Source: a virus
Taxonomy: Duplodnaviria > Heunggongvirae > Uroviricota > Caudoviricetes
Reading direction: 5' to 3' (one strand)
Length of the DNA: 27,624 bases
IMG/VR virus record: IMGVR_UViG_2565956708_000008
The notes below the pieces were generated by a model, which saw nothing but the letters and a program-made list of their open reading frames with translations, ran no database searches and was not told where the DNA came from. A program made the position numbers and the translations under genes. How positions within the stretch are numbered: the stretch's first letter is position 1; each line of letters opens with the position of its first letter. Below are positions 19,595 through 27,624 of the stretch, piece by piece.

Positions 19595-20281
19595 TTAGAA
19601 GTTCAGATTTTTCAGTGCATTCAGTGCAGAGCCCACATCCTCAGCGTCGCGCAGGGACAGTGCGCCATAGCCCCCGGCCATGAATGCTTTGGCCTGGGTA
19701 CGGGAGAGTCCGACATCACGCAGGACTCTTTCGATTTTTTTCTGTTCGGGGATTTCCCCGCGGGCCAGTGCGTTCTTGACGTCGCTGATCCGCGCCTCGT
19801 CGTTAGACGGGAACGTCACCAGGCTGACTTCCCAGAGGTCGATTTCTTTCAGCAGAAAGGCTTCTTTGCTCCGGTCGTATTCCCAGTCTTTCAGGACGTA
19901 CCCAATAGAAAGGCCGGTTAACGAACCGGCCTTCATGTGTGCATGTGCGCGTTTTGCGAGGGGATCATCATCAATAAGCAACCGTCCCCTGACGTAAAGC
20001 CCGACATCGTCTTCCTTCATTTCGGTGTAAACACCGATGGGTTCATCCATGCGGTGCTGCCAGAGCAGCGCAGGTAACGCTTTTCTGTCACTCCACGCCC
20101 GCAGGGAAGCAGCAAATGCCCCGGACATCACCACATCATCGTGGCTGTCCTTTACACCAAAGACGGAGCCATACCCTTCAAACTCACCGGAGTCACTGAC
20201 AGATTTCAGACTCAGCGGTACATCAAGACGTTGTTTCGTCTGCATTGGCGTTATCCTTCTGCTTACCGGCTTTACTGCCAT
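19595..20281 (-). CDS. prohead protease, HK97 family
   Basis: 228 aa between the portal and capsid genes. Confidence 0.75.
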   Translation of the reverse strand: MAVKPVSRRITPMQTKQRLDVPLSLKSVSDSGEFEGYGSVFGVKDSHDDVVMSGAFAASLRAWSDRKALPALLWQHRMDEPIGVYTEMKEDDVGLYVRGRLLIDDDPLAKRAHAHMKAGSLTGLSIGYVLKDWEYDRSKEAFLLKEIDLWEVSLVTFPSNDEARISDVKNALARGEIPEQKKIERVLRDVGLSRTQAKAFMAGGYGALSLRDAEDVGSALNALKNLNF

Positions 20282-21464
20282 CGGAGGGTTTCGTGGTCAT
20301 GTTCATCGGTGTGAGATAGACATCCCCACCGGGACGGGGATTCATATCTTCCAGGTCGCGGCAGTCATTGGGAGAGTAAATTCCCCAGTTAATCCCGGTG
20401 GCGTAGGCTTCAAAACGGGACTTCATATCCCCGCGCAGTAACGCCCCGGCGTTAAATTTGGCGTAATAAACGCCCTGCTTACTTTTTCGAACCAGTCCGG
20501 TGTTGATCCGCTGCTCGATGCGGGTCAGATACGGCACCAGTGAATAGTTGATAAATCCCAGCCCCAGCTCTTCAATATTGTTGAAGGTGGCGCGATCGGT
20601 GTTCTGCACCATGTGCAACGGCACCCGGAACAGACGACAGATTTCTTCAAGCTGAAACTTGCGGGTTTCCAGGAACTGGCTGTCCTCGGCGTTCAGCGCC
20701 ATCGACTTCCAGTCCAGCCCCATCTCAAGGATCATCGGGCGGTGAGCATTACCAAGCCCGGTGTGACGCTCCTCAAAATCTTTCTTCAGGCGCTCGTAAG
20801 CCTGATCTGACAGCGTCTGCTCTGTACGCAACACACCCGACGTCACCGCACCATTGCTGAACAGTCTGGCCCCGTGCTCTTCGGTCGCAGCTGCCAGCGA
20901 TATTGCCTCGCGAGCATAGGCGATGGGATTCAGCCCCACCAGACCGTCCAGCGTCAGCGTGCGCACATGCCAGATATCTTCCTGGCTCAGCACATCCGTG
21001 GAGCCGTCCGAGAATGTGACCTGATAGACCGGCTCCCAGCTACTGTTAAGCTTCGGTACCACACAGCCAGGATCGACGGGCAGCAGTTCAGCCACTTCGC
21101 CAAATGCTTTCACTTTGTAGGCGTAAAAGTTTCCCCGCAGGCACAGACAGGTGACCACCAGCTCCCAGAACTCCTGCGGCGTCATATAGCCATTGGGATG
21201 CGTGGAGATCAGCTTATGCAGACGTTCGCCGGTGGCCCTCTGTTTCAGGCTGCCGTTCAGGTGATACAGATTGCAGGGCAACATCCCGACCGACTCTGCC
21301 AGCACCCTGACGCAGGAAAAAACCGCCGTCAGTCGCATGGCCCGCTGGCTGCTGATCTGCTTTCCGGTATAGGTGTCGTATGACAGCCCGATAGCCTCCG
21401 CCAGCTCTGCTGGCGTGGTCACCGGCGCGTCACTTTTTCGTTGAAATAATCCCGAAAAGAACAC
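20223..21464 (-). CDS. portal protein, HK97 family
   Basis: 413 aa immediately downstream of the terminase module. Confidence 0.8.
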   Translation of the reverse strand: MFFSGLFQRKSDAPVTTPAELAEAIGLSYDTYTGKQISSQRAMRLTAVFSCVRVLAESVGMLPCNLYHLNGSLKQRATGERLHKLISTHPNGYMTPQEFWELVVTCLCLRGNFYAYKVKAFGEVAELLPVDPGCVVPKLNSSWEPVYQVTFSDGSTDVLSQEDIWHVRTLTLDGLVGLNPIAYAREAISLAAATEEHGARLFSNGAVTSGVLRTEQTLSDQAYERLKKDFEERHTGLGNAHRPMILEMGLDWKSMALNAEDSQFLETRKFQLEEICRLFRVPLHMVQNTDRATFNNIEELGLGFINYSLVPYLTRIEQRINTGLVRKSKQGVYYAKFNAGALLRGDMKSRFEAYATGINWGIYSPNDCRDLEDMNPRPGGDVYLTPMNMTTKPSDGSKAGKQKDNANADETTS

Positions 21465-21646
21465 TATTTACCTCCGCCGACAGACAGCTGTGTACGATCG
21501 AGATATCGCGCCACCAGCCACGACCAGAACAGGCACAGCGCCCCGGCAACAACAAAACCCGCCGGGGGATAAATCAGCCAGGCACCATATGCCAGCAAAA
21601 GCGCACCCAGCACGCCCACCAGAGGCGCGAGAATCAGCATGATCAT
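21464..21646 (-). CDS. small hydrophobic (membrane) protein, 60 aa
   Basis: ORF between large terminase and portal; the sequence is almost entirely hydrophobic ([23 protein letters not shown]...). Confidence 0.35.
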   Translation of the reverse strand: MIMLILAPLVGVLGALLLAYGAWLIYPPAGFVVAGALCLFWSWLVARYLDRTQLSVGGGK

Positions 21647-21657
21647 AATTACCTCAG

Positions 21658-23391
21658 TTAAAGCGAGCGGATCCCGTAGGACTCAATGTGGTCAGACAGC
21701 GTGTCTTCTTTCTCGTACAACATGGCTCTGCCAACCGCCATAATCAGCGCAACTGCACCATCGATTTTGTTTTCCGCCTGCTCTTTGACGGGTTTCACCA
21801 CATCATCGTTACCCGGAATGGTTTTGCCGACCACGTTGCCGATACACCAGGTCATGATGGGATTGCCATCATGATGAAAGCGCCCCGATTCAATTGCCGC
21901 TTCCAGCTCTTTCATCGGGTCGGACATGTTGGTGTAGTTCTGAATGATAGTGATGGGGTTCAGGTCTTCATCAGCAAGGTCATGTGACAACCCGGTCGCC
22001 CCGAAGGGGTCGATGGGTGACTCACTGACCGGGCTGATTTTGTTCGCCGCTTTGGCCTCCTCGAGGATGTAGCGATAATCCACCTCCGCACCATCGGTAA
22101 CGGTCAGAACGCCCATTTCCACCCATTTCTGAAAGCGTTCGGCTGTCCGTCGATCTTCATTTTTCTCGACGCTGTACACCGTGTCATACGGTACCCAGAA
22201 ACGCGGGGCCACACTGTAGTAATGCGTTTTACCGTCAATCTCGCGGGTATAAAGTCGCGCCATGCTGTTCATATCCAGCTTACGCGCCAGGTCAAAGGCC
22301 AGAATGCACGGCTGCCCCTCGAACTGCTCAAGGGTCAGTGATTTATCCTCGCAGCTCTGCCAGCTCACCAGGTTGAAATACGCCGAACGCGCCGACACCC
22401 AGATATTGAGGTGTTTTGTTTTAAAGACGTTTGCCAGACGGGCGTTATTTTTCGCACGCTGCTGCTGACTTAACAAAAATTCGCGATAAACCGACACGCC
22501 AATATTTGGATTGGCTTTTTCCAGCACCTGCGGGTCGGTCCAGTCGTCACCTTCATCAACGGTATAGATGATCCCGAACAGTTCATCGTTAGGCACCGAG
22601 CCATTGAGCATCTCGATGACTTCCCGCCGCTTGTCGTAGCACGGCCCCTCAATGTTGTACCCGGCGGTGGTGATAGCCCACATCAGTGGCTGACGTCGCG
22701 CCCCCATCCCGGTAAGCATCGTGGTGTAAAGCGCATCGGTGGCGTGCTCGTGATATTCATCCACCACCGCACAGTGGGGTGATGAACCATCACCGGGGTT
22801 ACCGATCAGCGGTTCAAACCGCGCGCCATCCTCCGGACGGTTCATGTTTGAGGCGTTAACCTCAATCCCGAACGCTTCCGTCAGCATGGGTGTGCGTTTA
22901 CACATCAGTCGAGCCGGGCGAAAGACTTCCCACGCCTGTTTCTCTGTCGTGGCACCGGAATACACTTCCGCGCCAAACTCGTTATCACAGGCAAAACAAT
23001 ACAGGGCAACACCGGCAGAGATTGCCGATTTGCCGTTCTTACGGGGGATTTCGGTATACACCTCCCGGAAGCGGCGCAGCCGGGAGCCTTTATTGACCCA
23101 GCCAAACGCGCAGCAGATCACAAAGAGCTGCCACGGCTCCAGCGTGATGGGCATCCTCTTAAATGCCCACTCACCCTTGGTGTGCGGCAACAGCTGAATA
23201 AATTTGGCGGCCCGTTCAGCCAGGTCCTTGTCGAAGCGGTAACGAAACGACTTACTTTTTTCCGCCATCAGGTCATCAAGATGGCGCTGGCAGGCCTGAA
23301 TCACAAACTGGCAGGCCACAATCTTTCCGCGCACGACATCCCGGGCATACTGATTGGCAGCATTTACGTTGGGGTAAGATTTCCGGCTCAT
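21658..23391 (-). CDS. terminase large subunit
   Basis: Walker A-like IPRKNGKS and Walker B-like AVVDEYHE; 577 aa; follows the small terminase gene. Confidence 0.85.
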   Translation of the reverse strand: MSRKSYPNVNAANQYARDVVRGKIVACQFVIQACQRHLDDLMAEKSKSFRYRFDKDLAERAAKFIQLLPHTKGEWAFKRMPITLEPWQLFVICCAFGWVNKGSRLRRFREVYTEIPRKNGKSAISAGVALYCFACDNEFGAEVYSGATTEKQAWEVFRPARLMCKRTPMLTEAFGIEVNASNMNRPEDGARFEPLIGNPGDGSSPHCAVVDEYHEHATDALYTTMLTGMGARRQPLMWAITTAGYNIEGPCYDKRREVIEMLNGSVPNDELFGIIYTVDEGDDWTDPQVLEKANPNIGVSVYREFLLSQQQRAKNNARLANVFKTKHLNIWVSARSAYFNLVSWQSCEDKSLTLEQFEGQPCILAFDLARKLDMNSMARLYTREIDGKTHYYSVAPRFWVPYDTVYSVEKNEDRRTAERFQKWVEMGVLTVTDGAEVDYRYILEEAKAANKISPVSESPIDPFGATGLSHDLADEDLNPITIIQNYTNMSDPMKELEAAIESGRFHHDGNPIMTWCIGNVVGKTIPGNDDVVKPVKEQAENKIDGAVALIMAVGRAMLYEKEDTLSDHIESYGIRSL

Positions 23392-23891
23392 GATTCGATG
23401 ATTTTCAGAAACGGGTTAGTGGCTTTCTTCTGCCCCGCTAGGCCAATCAGACGCTGACGGCTGCTGGGGTCGAGTCCGAGCATTGCCCCCGTGCTGCTCA
23501 TCTCGGACTCCTGTTCTTTTTTGGCTGTCAGCTCCGGATTTTTGACCCTGCCGCCCATTGCGCCGGTGATGGTATTGCCCTGTATGGCAATATTTTTCAC
23601 AGCACGTCGCCAGAACTCATAGGCCACGCACCACCGCTCAAGCACCGCGAGGTCAGTCACGCACAGCAGGCCCTGACCGCAGAGTTCTTTGGTTGTCAGT
23701 TGCCACATGATCGTGGCGAGAGGGAGATCTTCTTCAGCGAACCACTCCGGTGGCTCAACACCTTTGATGGGCGTAAAAACAGGTTCATCTTTGTTCAGGG
23801 CTCGCTTGCCGGGGTTTCCGGCCAGCGCCTTGCGCGCCGTTGGCTTGGGGCGACGCCCGGAACGCCCCGCCGTTCCAGCCATATGCGGCAC
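23388..23891 (-). CDS. terminase small subunit (P27-family-like)
   Basis: Basic N-terminus ([29 protein letters not shown]) typical of P27-family small terminases; overlaps the large terminase start. Confidence 0.7.
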   Translation of the reverse strand: MPHMAGTAGRSGRRPKPTARKALAGNPGKRALNKDEPVFTPIKGVEPPEWFAEEDLPLATIMWQLTTKELCGQGLLCVTDLAVLERWCVAYEFWRRAVKNIAIQGNTITGAMGGRVKNPELTAKKEQESEMSSTGAMLGLDPSSRQRLIGLAGQKKATNPFLKIIES

Positions 23892-24007
23892 TCCTGGTTA
23901 AATTTCATTTTTCGCGGGTATAAAAAAACGATGGGGCGGGCAGTCCGGAAGACGTCAGGTCACAGGGATTTGACCCGCCCCTCCCCTCAGAAAGTTGAGA
24001 ATTATTA

Positions 24008-24358
24008 TCACTTCAGTCGTTCACGGGCCGTCTTCGCCTTATGACACGGCCAGCACAGGCTCTGCAGATTGCAGTCTGCATCAGTGCCGCCATGCGCTTT
24101 AGGGATGATGTGGTCAACGGTTTTCGCCTCACGCACCACACCGACATGCAGGCACAACTGACACAGGCCTTTGTCACGCTTCAGCACGCGCGCGCGGATA
24201 ACATCCCACTTCGAACCGTAGCCGCGCTGGTGACGGGATTGTCCTGGCTTGTATTGTTTCCAGCCTTCGCTTTTGTGGCTTTCACAATAGCCTGACGGAT
24301 CAGTGGTGGTTTGGCGGCAGCCGCGAACGCGGCAGGCTTTTGGGGTTCGTGGGGGCAT
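24008..24358 (-). CDS. HNH endonuclease (packaging-associated)
   Basis: CxxC...C...H zinc motif and HIIPKAHGGTDADCNLQSLCWPCHKAKT (HNH catalytic motif); lies directly upstream of the small terminase gene as in HK97-like phages. Confidence 0.8.
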   Translation of the reverse strand: MPPRTPKACRVRGCRQTTTDPSGYCESHKSEGWKQYKPGQSRHQRGYGSKWDVIRARVLKRDKGLCQLCLHVGVVREAKTVDHIIPKAHGGTDADCNLQSLCWPCHKAKTARERLK

Positions 24359-24460
24359 TTAAAGTGGGATCTAACTCTAATAATTTAAAAAATTTAATTG
24401 GGTCTTGATATTAATCACATAGACTCAATGCTCTTTAGTTCTTACATAGGTGGTTGTATT

Positions 24461-24901
24461 ATGAGTATCCCCAGTTTAGATGTTCATAAAGTTGTTAAGT
24501 GCGCAGAGCATAAAAAGGCTTTAGATGCAATATCTCTCAAACTTAAGAATAACATTATTGACTCAAGCTCTGAATACGATTTTCTTGGCGACACAATAAT
24601 TTTCAATAAAGATAAAAAAAATAGGTTAACCCTCAAACTTTCAACATATGAACTAGAACTTATTTTCAAAGAAACACTGCTAGTCATTGATGAAGCTCCT
24701 GTATTGAAGTTTGCTGCCATTGACCCAACCGATGAAAATAACAACGAGCTGATTGATTTATTTTTATCCAAAGGTGGATTTATTTATATTAGAGAATACA
24801 AATCCGAGCCACATTATGAGTATGGCGACACTTCTCTATTTTTACATATACTTGACGCTACTCTTAAAGAGCTTAAATCTGCAAACAAAATATCCTATTA
24901 A
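24461..24901 (+). CDS. hypothetical moron protein, AT-rich, on the strand opposite to the phage late genes
   Basis: The track ORF is 24398..24901; AGGTGG sits 8 nt upstream of the ATG at 24461 (MSIPSLDVHK...). No recognisable motif. Confidence 0.45.
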   Translation: MSIPSLDVHKVVKCAEHKKALDAISLKLKNNIIDSSSEYDFLGDTIIFNKDKKNRLTLKLSTYELELIFKETLLVIDEAPVLKFAAIDPTDENNNELIDLFLSKGGFIYIREYKSEPHYEYGDTSLFLHILDATLKELKSANKISY

Positions 24902-25007
24902 ATAAATTTTTGCTAACATAGCCCCGCGCCATGACAAGATTTTCTGTTCTAGATGCAAGGGCTATGTGTGAATATCTATAAACAAAAACCCCATCCGGTG
25001 ATTTTTG

Positions 25008-25259
25008 TCATTTTTTAGCCATCTCAATTGCGGCATCAAAAAGTCGTTCAAGAATAAAATCAGGGTACTGTAATTTTTCTTGCTCGATATGAAGCTCATA
25101 AATTTTCCCTTCCCACTCCCATTTAAAATTAAATCCAGAAGCAGAAGGTGCGAAATGTGTTTTAGCTTTAGGGTTAGCGTAACCAGCAACAGTCAACACA
25201 TCAAACTTAAAATCTTGAGGTTTAATACGCATAATCATATCCTTTGCCAAGTTCATCAT
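25008..25259 (-). CDS. hypothetical small moron protein (74 to 83 aa)
   Basis: AT-rich ORF convergent with the 24461..24901 gene; the likely start is the internal MRIKPQ with AAGGA upstream. Confidence 0.4.
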   Translation of the reverse strand: MMNLAKDMIMRIKPQDFKFDVLTVAGYANPKAKTHFAPSASGFNFKWEWEGKIYELHIEQEKLQYPDFILERLFDAAIEMAKK

Positions 25260-25329
25260 TATTCTTCGCGATTATAAAACAATGAATAAAATCATTAAAG
25301 CATAGACGTTAAATATCCTCAAAATGTGA

Positions 25330-25767
25330 TTAGTTGGGACATTGCGTCCTGATATACTCCTGCAAGTAATTGACCTGTGAGGTTATCTTGTCGATTCCAC
25401 TTCGGAGACGGTAATAATGGAGTTCAGCATCTGCTGTAAGTCTAGGGCTTTCTCCATCGCCCATGCCGCTGGCTCCGGTCGTTGACTTTGTACAGGTGGC
25501 GGCGACTTGCAGGCGCTTATGCCCAGCAGAAACATCAGCACGAAGACTTTCGATAGTCGCATTAGCATCAGCAAGCTCCTTTGTATATCTGGCATCGAGT
25601 TCAGCTACATTACGTTGACGCTTCTGCATATCAGCGATGATGGATGTGGCTTTATCGCGCTGTACTTTGTAGACGATGGCGTCATCACGGTAATTATCAA
25701 CAGCCCATGACAAGCAGACGATGATGCAGATAACCAGAGCGGATATAATCACCGTTACTCTGCTCAT
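25330..25767 (-). CDS. Rz: i-spanin Rz
   Basis: [23 protein letters not shown]... closely matches lambda Rz as I recall it; sits directly after the endolysin gene. Confidence 0.85.
   Translation of the reverse strand: MSRVTVIISALVICIIVCLSWAVDNYRDDAIVYKVQRDKATSIIADMQKRQRNVAELDARYTKELADANATIESLRADVSAGHKRLQVAATCTKSTTGASGMGDGESPRLTADAELHYYRLRSGIDKITSQVNYLQEYIRTQCPN
25383..25568 (-). CDS. Rz1: o-spanin Rz1, embedded in the +1 frame of Rz
   Basis: Lipobox LLGISAC followed by a Pro-rich stretch ([12 protein letters not shown]), entirely inside Rz. The start is chosen at an internal Met; the track ORF runs to 25595. Confidence 0.65.
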   Translation of the reverse strand: MLMRLSKVFVLMFLLGISACKSPPPVQSQRPEPAAWAMEKALDLQQMLNSIITVSEVESTR

Positions 25768-26240
25768 ACCTGAATCTCTTTGACCGTTCCGCCGGCTTCT
25801 TTGAATTTTGCAATCAGGCTGTCAGCCTTATGCTCAAACTGACCATAACCAGCTCCCGGCAGTGAAGCCCAGATATTGCTGCAACGGTCGATAGCCTGAC
25901 GAATATCACCGCGATCAATCATCGGTAAAGCACCACGCTCTTTAATCTGCTGCAGTGCAACAGCATCCTGGCTTTTTGGAGAGAAGTCTTTCAGTCCAAG
26001 CTGTTTACGGTATGCATCCCACCAGCGGGAAAGAAGCTGGTAGCGCCCGGCAGCCGTTGATTTGAGTTTTGGGTTTAGCGTGACAAGTCTGCGAGGGTGA
26101 TCGGAGTAATCAGTGAATATTTCTCCGCCCACAATGACGTCATAACCATGATTACGTGTCGGTTGTAGCCCATTATCCGTTCCTTCTGACCAGGCCACCA
26201 TATCGAGGAAAGCTTTACGCTGAGGATTAAGATTTTGCAT
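25764..26240 (-). CDS. R: endolysin R, lambda-type lytic transglycosylase
   Basis: 158 aa; [18 protein letters not shown]...[10 protein letters not shown]... matches lambda R nearly residue for residue by recollection. Confidence 0.9.
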   Translation of the reverse strand: MQNLNPQRKAFLDMVAWSEGTDNGLQPTRNHGYDVIVGGEIFTDYSDHPRRLVTLNPKLKSTAAGRYQLLSRWWDAYRKQLGLKDFSPKSQDAVALQQIKERGALPMIDRGDIRQAIDRCSNIWASLPGAGYGQFEHKADSLIAKFKEAGGTVKEIQV

Positions 26241-26631
26241 TTTTCACCCCTGTCAGTCGTTCCCAGAAGTACGTCAGTGCAACCGAACCCATCGCACCAC
26301 TAATCCCCGCAGTTGCGAGAATCATGTAAATACTGAATCCACTTTCGATACTGATTAGGCCACCAATAACACCGGTGAATCCTGATACAACTATCTGAGC
26401 GAGGGCATTTATCCAGCTCCACGTTGCTTTACTCTGCTTCACATCAATCAGGTAACGGACAAGCCCCCCCCAACCTGCGATGATCAGCAAAACAAGCCAG
26501 AACGCTCCGGCAAGATTCTCTTTTTCGTGCATATGAATAGCCGCAGTTTCGCCTCCGACAGAAAATCGGAGCGTGAAATGATATGTTGATTTATTATTAA
26601 TTCGAAAATTACATTCTAATTCATCAGGCAT
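26227..26631 (-). CDS. putative holin
   Basis: Overlaps the start of R; hydrophobic segments (AFWLVLLIIAGWGGLV, IVVSGFTGVIGGLI, ILATAGISGAMGSVAL). Not lambda S-like. The likely start is the internal Met MHEKEN. Confidence 0.6.
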   Translation of the reverse strand: MPDELECNFRINNKSTYHFTLRFSVGGETAAIHMHEKENLAGAFWLVLLIIAGWGGLVRYLIDVKQSKATWSWINALAQIVVSGFTGVIGGLISIESGFSIYMILATAGISGAMGSVALTYFWERLTGVKNAKS

Positions 26632-26683
26632 TGATGATTTTATAATAATAAAGGCCGTTCGTTACGGCCTTTATTATTGATAT

Positions 26684-27019
26684 TTATTTTACATCCCAAG
26701 GTAGTTCCTCAAGAGAGAAGACTAATTCATTATCAATAATTTCGTATTCTGCATAACCTTCAACCTCTCCTGAGAAGTTATTGTCAACGCATCCTTCATA
26801 ATAGCTATATGGTGCTATAAAGTGAAACCCATATTCATCTATCTCTGTGATTTCAAAATTGTAGTAATCGTAAGAATATCGAATATCATCATCAGAAATA
26901 GAACTAAGTACATAGTTATTAAATTTATCGGAATGCTTAACGATAAGTTCTGACAACGCGTCAAGATTCTCTGGAGAGATATTTCCTAACGGTAATCTGT
27001 ACTCAACGGCATTAATCAT
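26684..27019 (-). CDS. hypothetical acidic protein, 111 aa, moron between Q and the lysis genes
   Basis: AT-rich ORF with AAGGAGG before the ATG; very rich in D, E and Y; sits just downstream of the tR'-like terminator. Confidence 0.5.
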   Translation of the reverse strand: MINAVEYRLPLGNISPENLDALSELIVKHSDKFNNYVLSSISDDDIRYSYDYYNFEITEIDEYGFHFIAPYSYYEGCVDNNFSGEVEGYAEYEIIDNELVFSLEELPWDVK

Positions 27020-27073
27020 ACAACCTCCTTTTTAACTGATATGAGGTTATATAATGTGTTTCAGTACAAGTAA

Positions 27074-27096
27074 ATAAAAACCCGCTCAACAGCGGG
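27074..27096 (-). terminator. rho-independent terminator (tR'-like) on the minus strand
   Basis: Minus strand reads CCCGCT-GTTG-AGCGGG followed by TTTTT. Confidence 0.55.
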
Positions 27097-27144
27097 TTCG
27101 TGAAAATTATCAACGGCAGACATACAAAGCCCATCGTTGAGAAA

Positions 27145-27173
27145 ATCTTATCCATATTTTTTGAAAAATGCAA
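27145..27173 (-). promoter_or_regulatory. putative late promoter (pR'-like) downstream of the Q-like gene
   Basis: Minus strand TTGCAT, 17-nt spacer, TAAGAT, placed between the Q-like stop and the terminator. Confidence 0.3.
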
Positions 27174-27204
27174 GCTTCATGTCACTATCTTCGGCGAAAA
27201 TCAC

Positions 27205-27528
27205 TTATCTCGTCACCTTTCTCAATTGTGTTTCAGCATATGCTTCTTCCTGCCAGCACTTTGTTACTAGTTTATCAATTACGTCTGCATATCCTTTGTA
27301 CCACTGATAATCAGTCAGGTCTGGAACCAGCTTCTGGACATGACGTCGTGCCAGTGTAGTCGGTAAACGGCTAAACCGGTTTCCATTGCAACGCCCACAA
27401 GTCTTATAAACAGGCGTGCCATGAAGCCGGGTTCTTTTTTCATCCAGGACAATACCTTTACCCTTACACCCTCTGCACGCCGTGCTGACTTCTCCCTTGC
27501 CATGACAATGCTGACACAGTTCCTTCAC
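27205..27528 (-). pseudogene. Q-like late antiterminator candidate (zinc-ribbon protein), 5'-truncated by the IS insertion
   Basis: CxxCxGxG repeats (CQHCHGKG, CRGCKGKG) and CGRC; the frame stays open to the IS boundary at 27530 with no ATG (the first codon is GTG); sits upstream of the promoter, terminator and lysis genes. Confidence 0.35.
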
Positions 27529-27530
27529 CC

Positions 27531-27624
27531 TGAACCGCCCCGGGAATCCTGGAGACTAAACTTCCTGAGAAAGAGGTAAACAGGATGACTAAAAATACTC
27601 GTTTTTCCCCCGAAGTCCGTCAAC
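27531..27624 (+). mobile_element. IS3-family insertion sequence, left end (terminal inverted repeat plus start of orfA reading rightwards out of the window)
   Basis: TGAACCGCCCCGGGAATCCTGGAG... then ATG at 27585 opening MTKNTRFSPEVRQ; exact reverse complement of 2..95. Confidence 0.7.

Overview
This window reads as the late region of a decaying e14/SfV-type prophage (HK97-like head, Mu-like contractile tail, lambda-like lysis genes) on the minus strand, bracketed by two inverted copies of an IS3-family element end. Positions 2..95 are the exact reverse complement of 27531..27624. Order on the minus strand, from high to low coordinate: Q-like zinc-ribbon gene fragment cut by the right IS; putative pR'-like promoter and terminator; an acidic moron; holin, R endolysin and Rz/Rz1 (R and Rz close to lambda by recollection); two low-GC morons; HNH endonuclease; small and large terminase; portal; protease; major capsid; connector proteins; sheath; tube; chaperone with a -1 frameshift site; tape measure; Mu N/P-like and baseplate proteins; and a tail fibre interrupted by an in-frame amber stop. 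Beyond the tail fibre lies a decayed variable region containing a roughly 270-bp imperfect palindrome, then an intact GmrSD-like (DUF262/DUF1524) type IV restriction gene, a frameshifted DinI-like gene behind two LexA boxes, and a 3' fragment of tRNA-Pro that looks like an att core. Left of that fragment sit a GIY-YIG nuclease-domain gene and a 97-aa gene of unknown function. No integrase, reverse transcriptase, CRISPR array or complete tRNA gene was seen. All homology statements rest on recognised motifs and remembered sequences, not on database searches.
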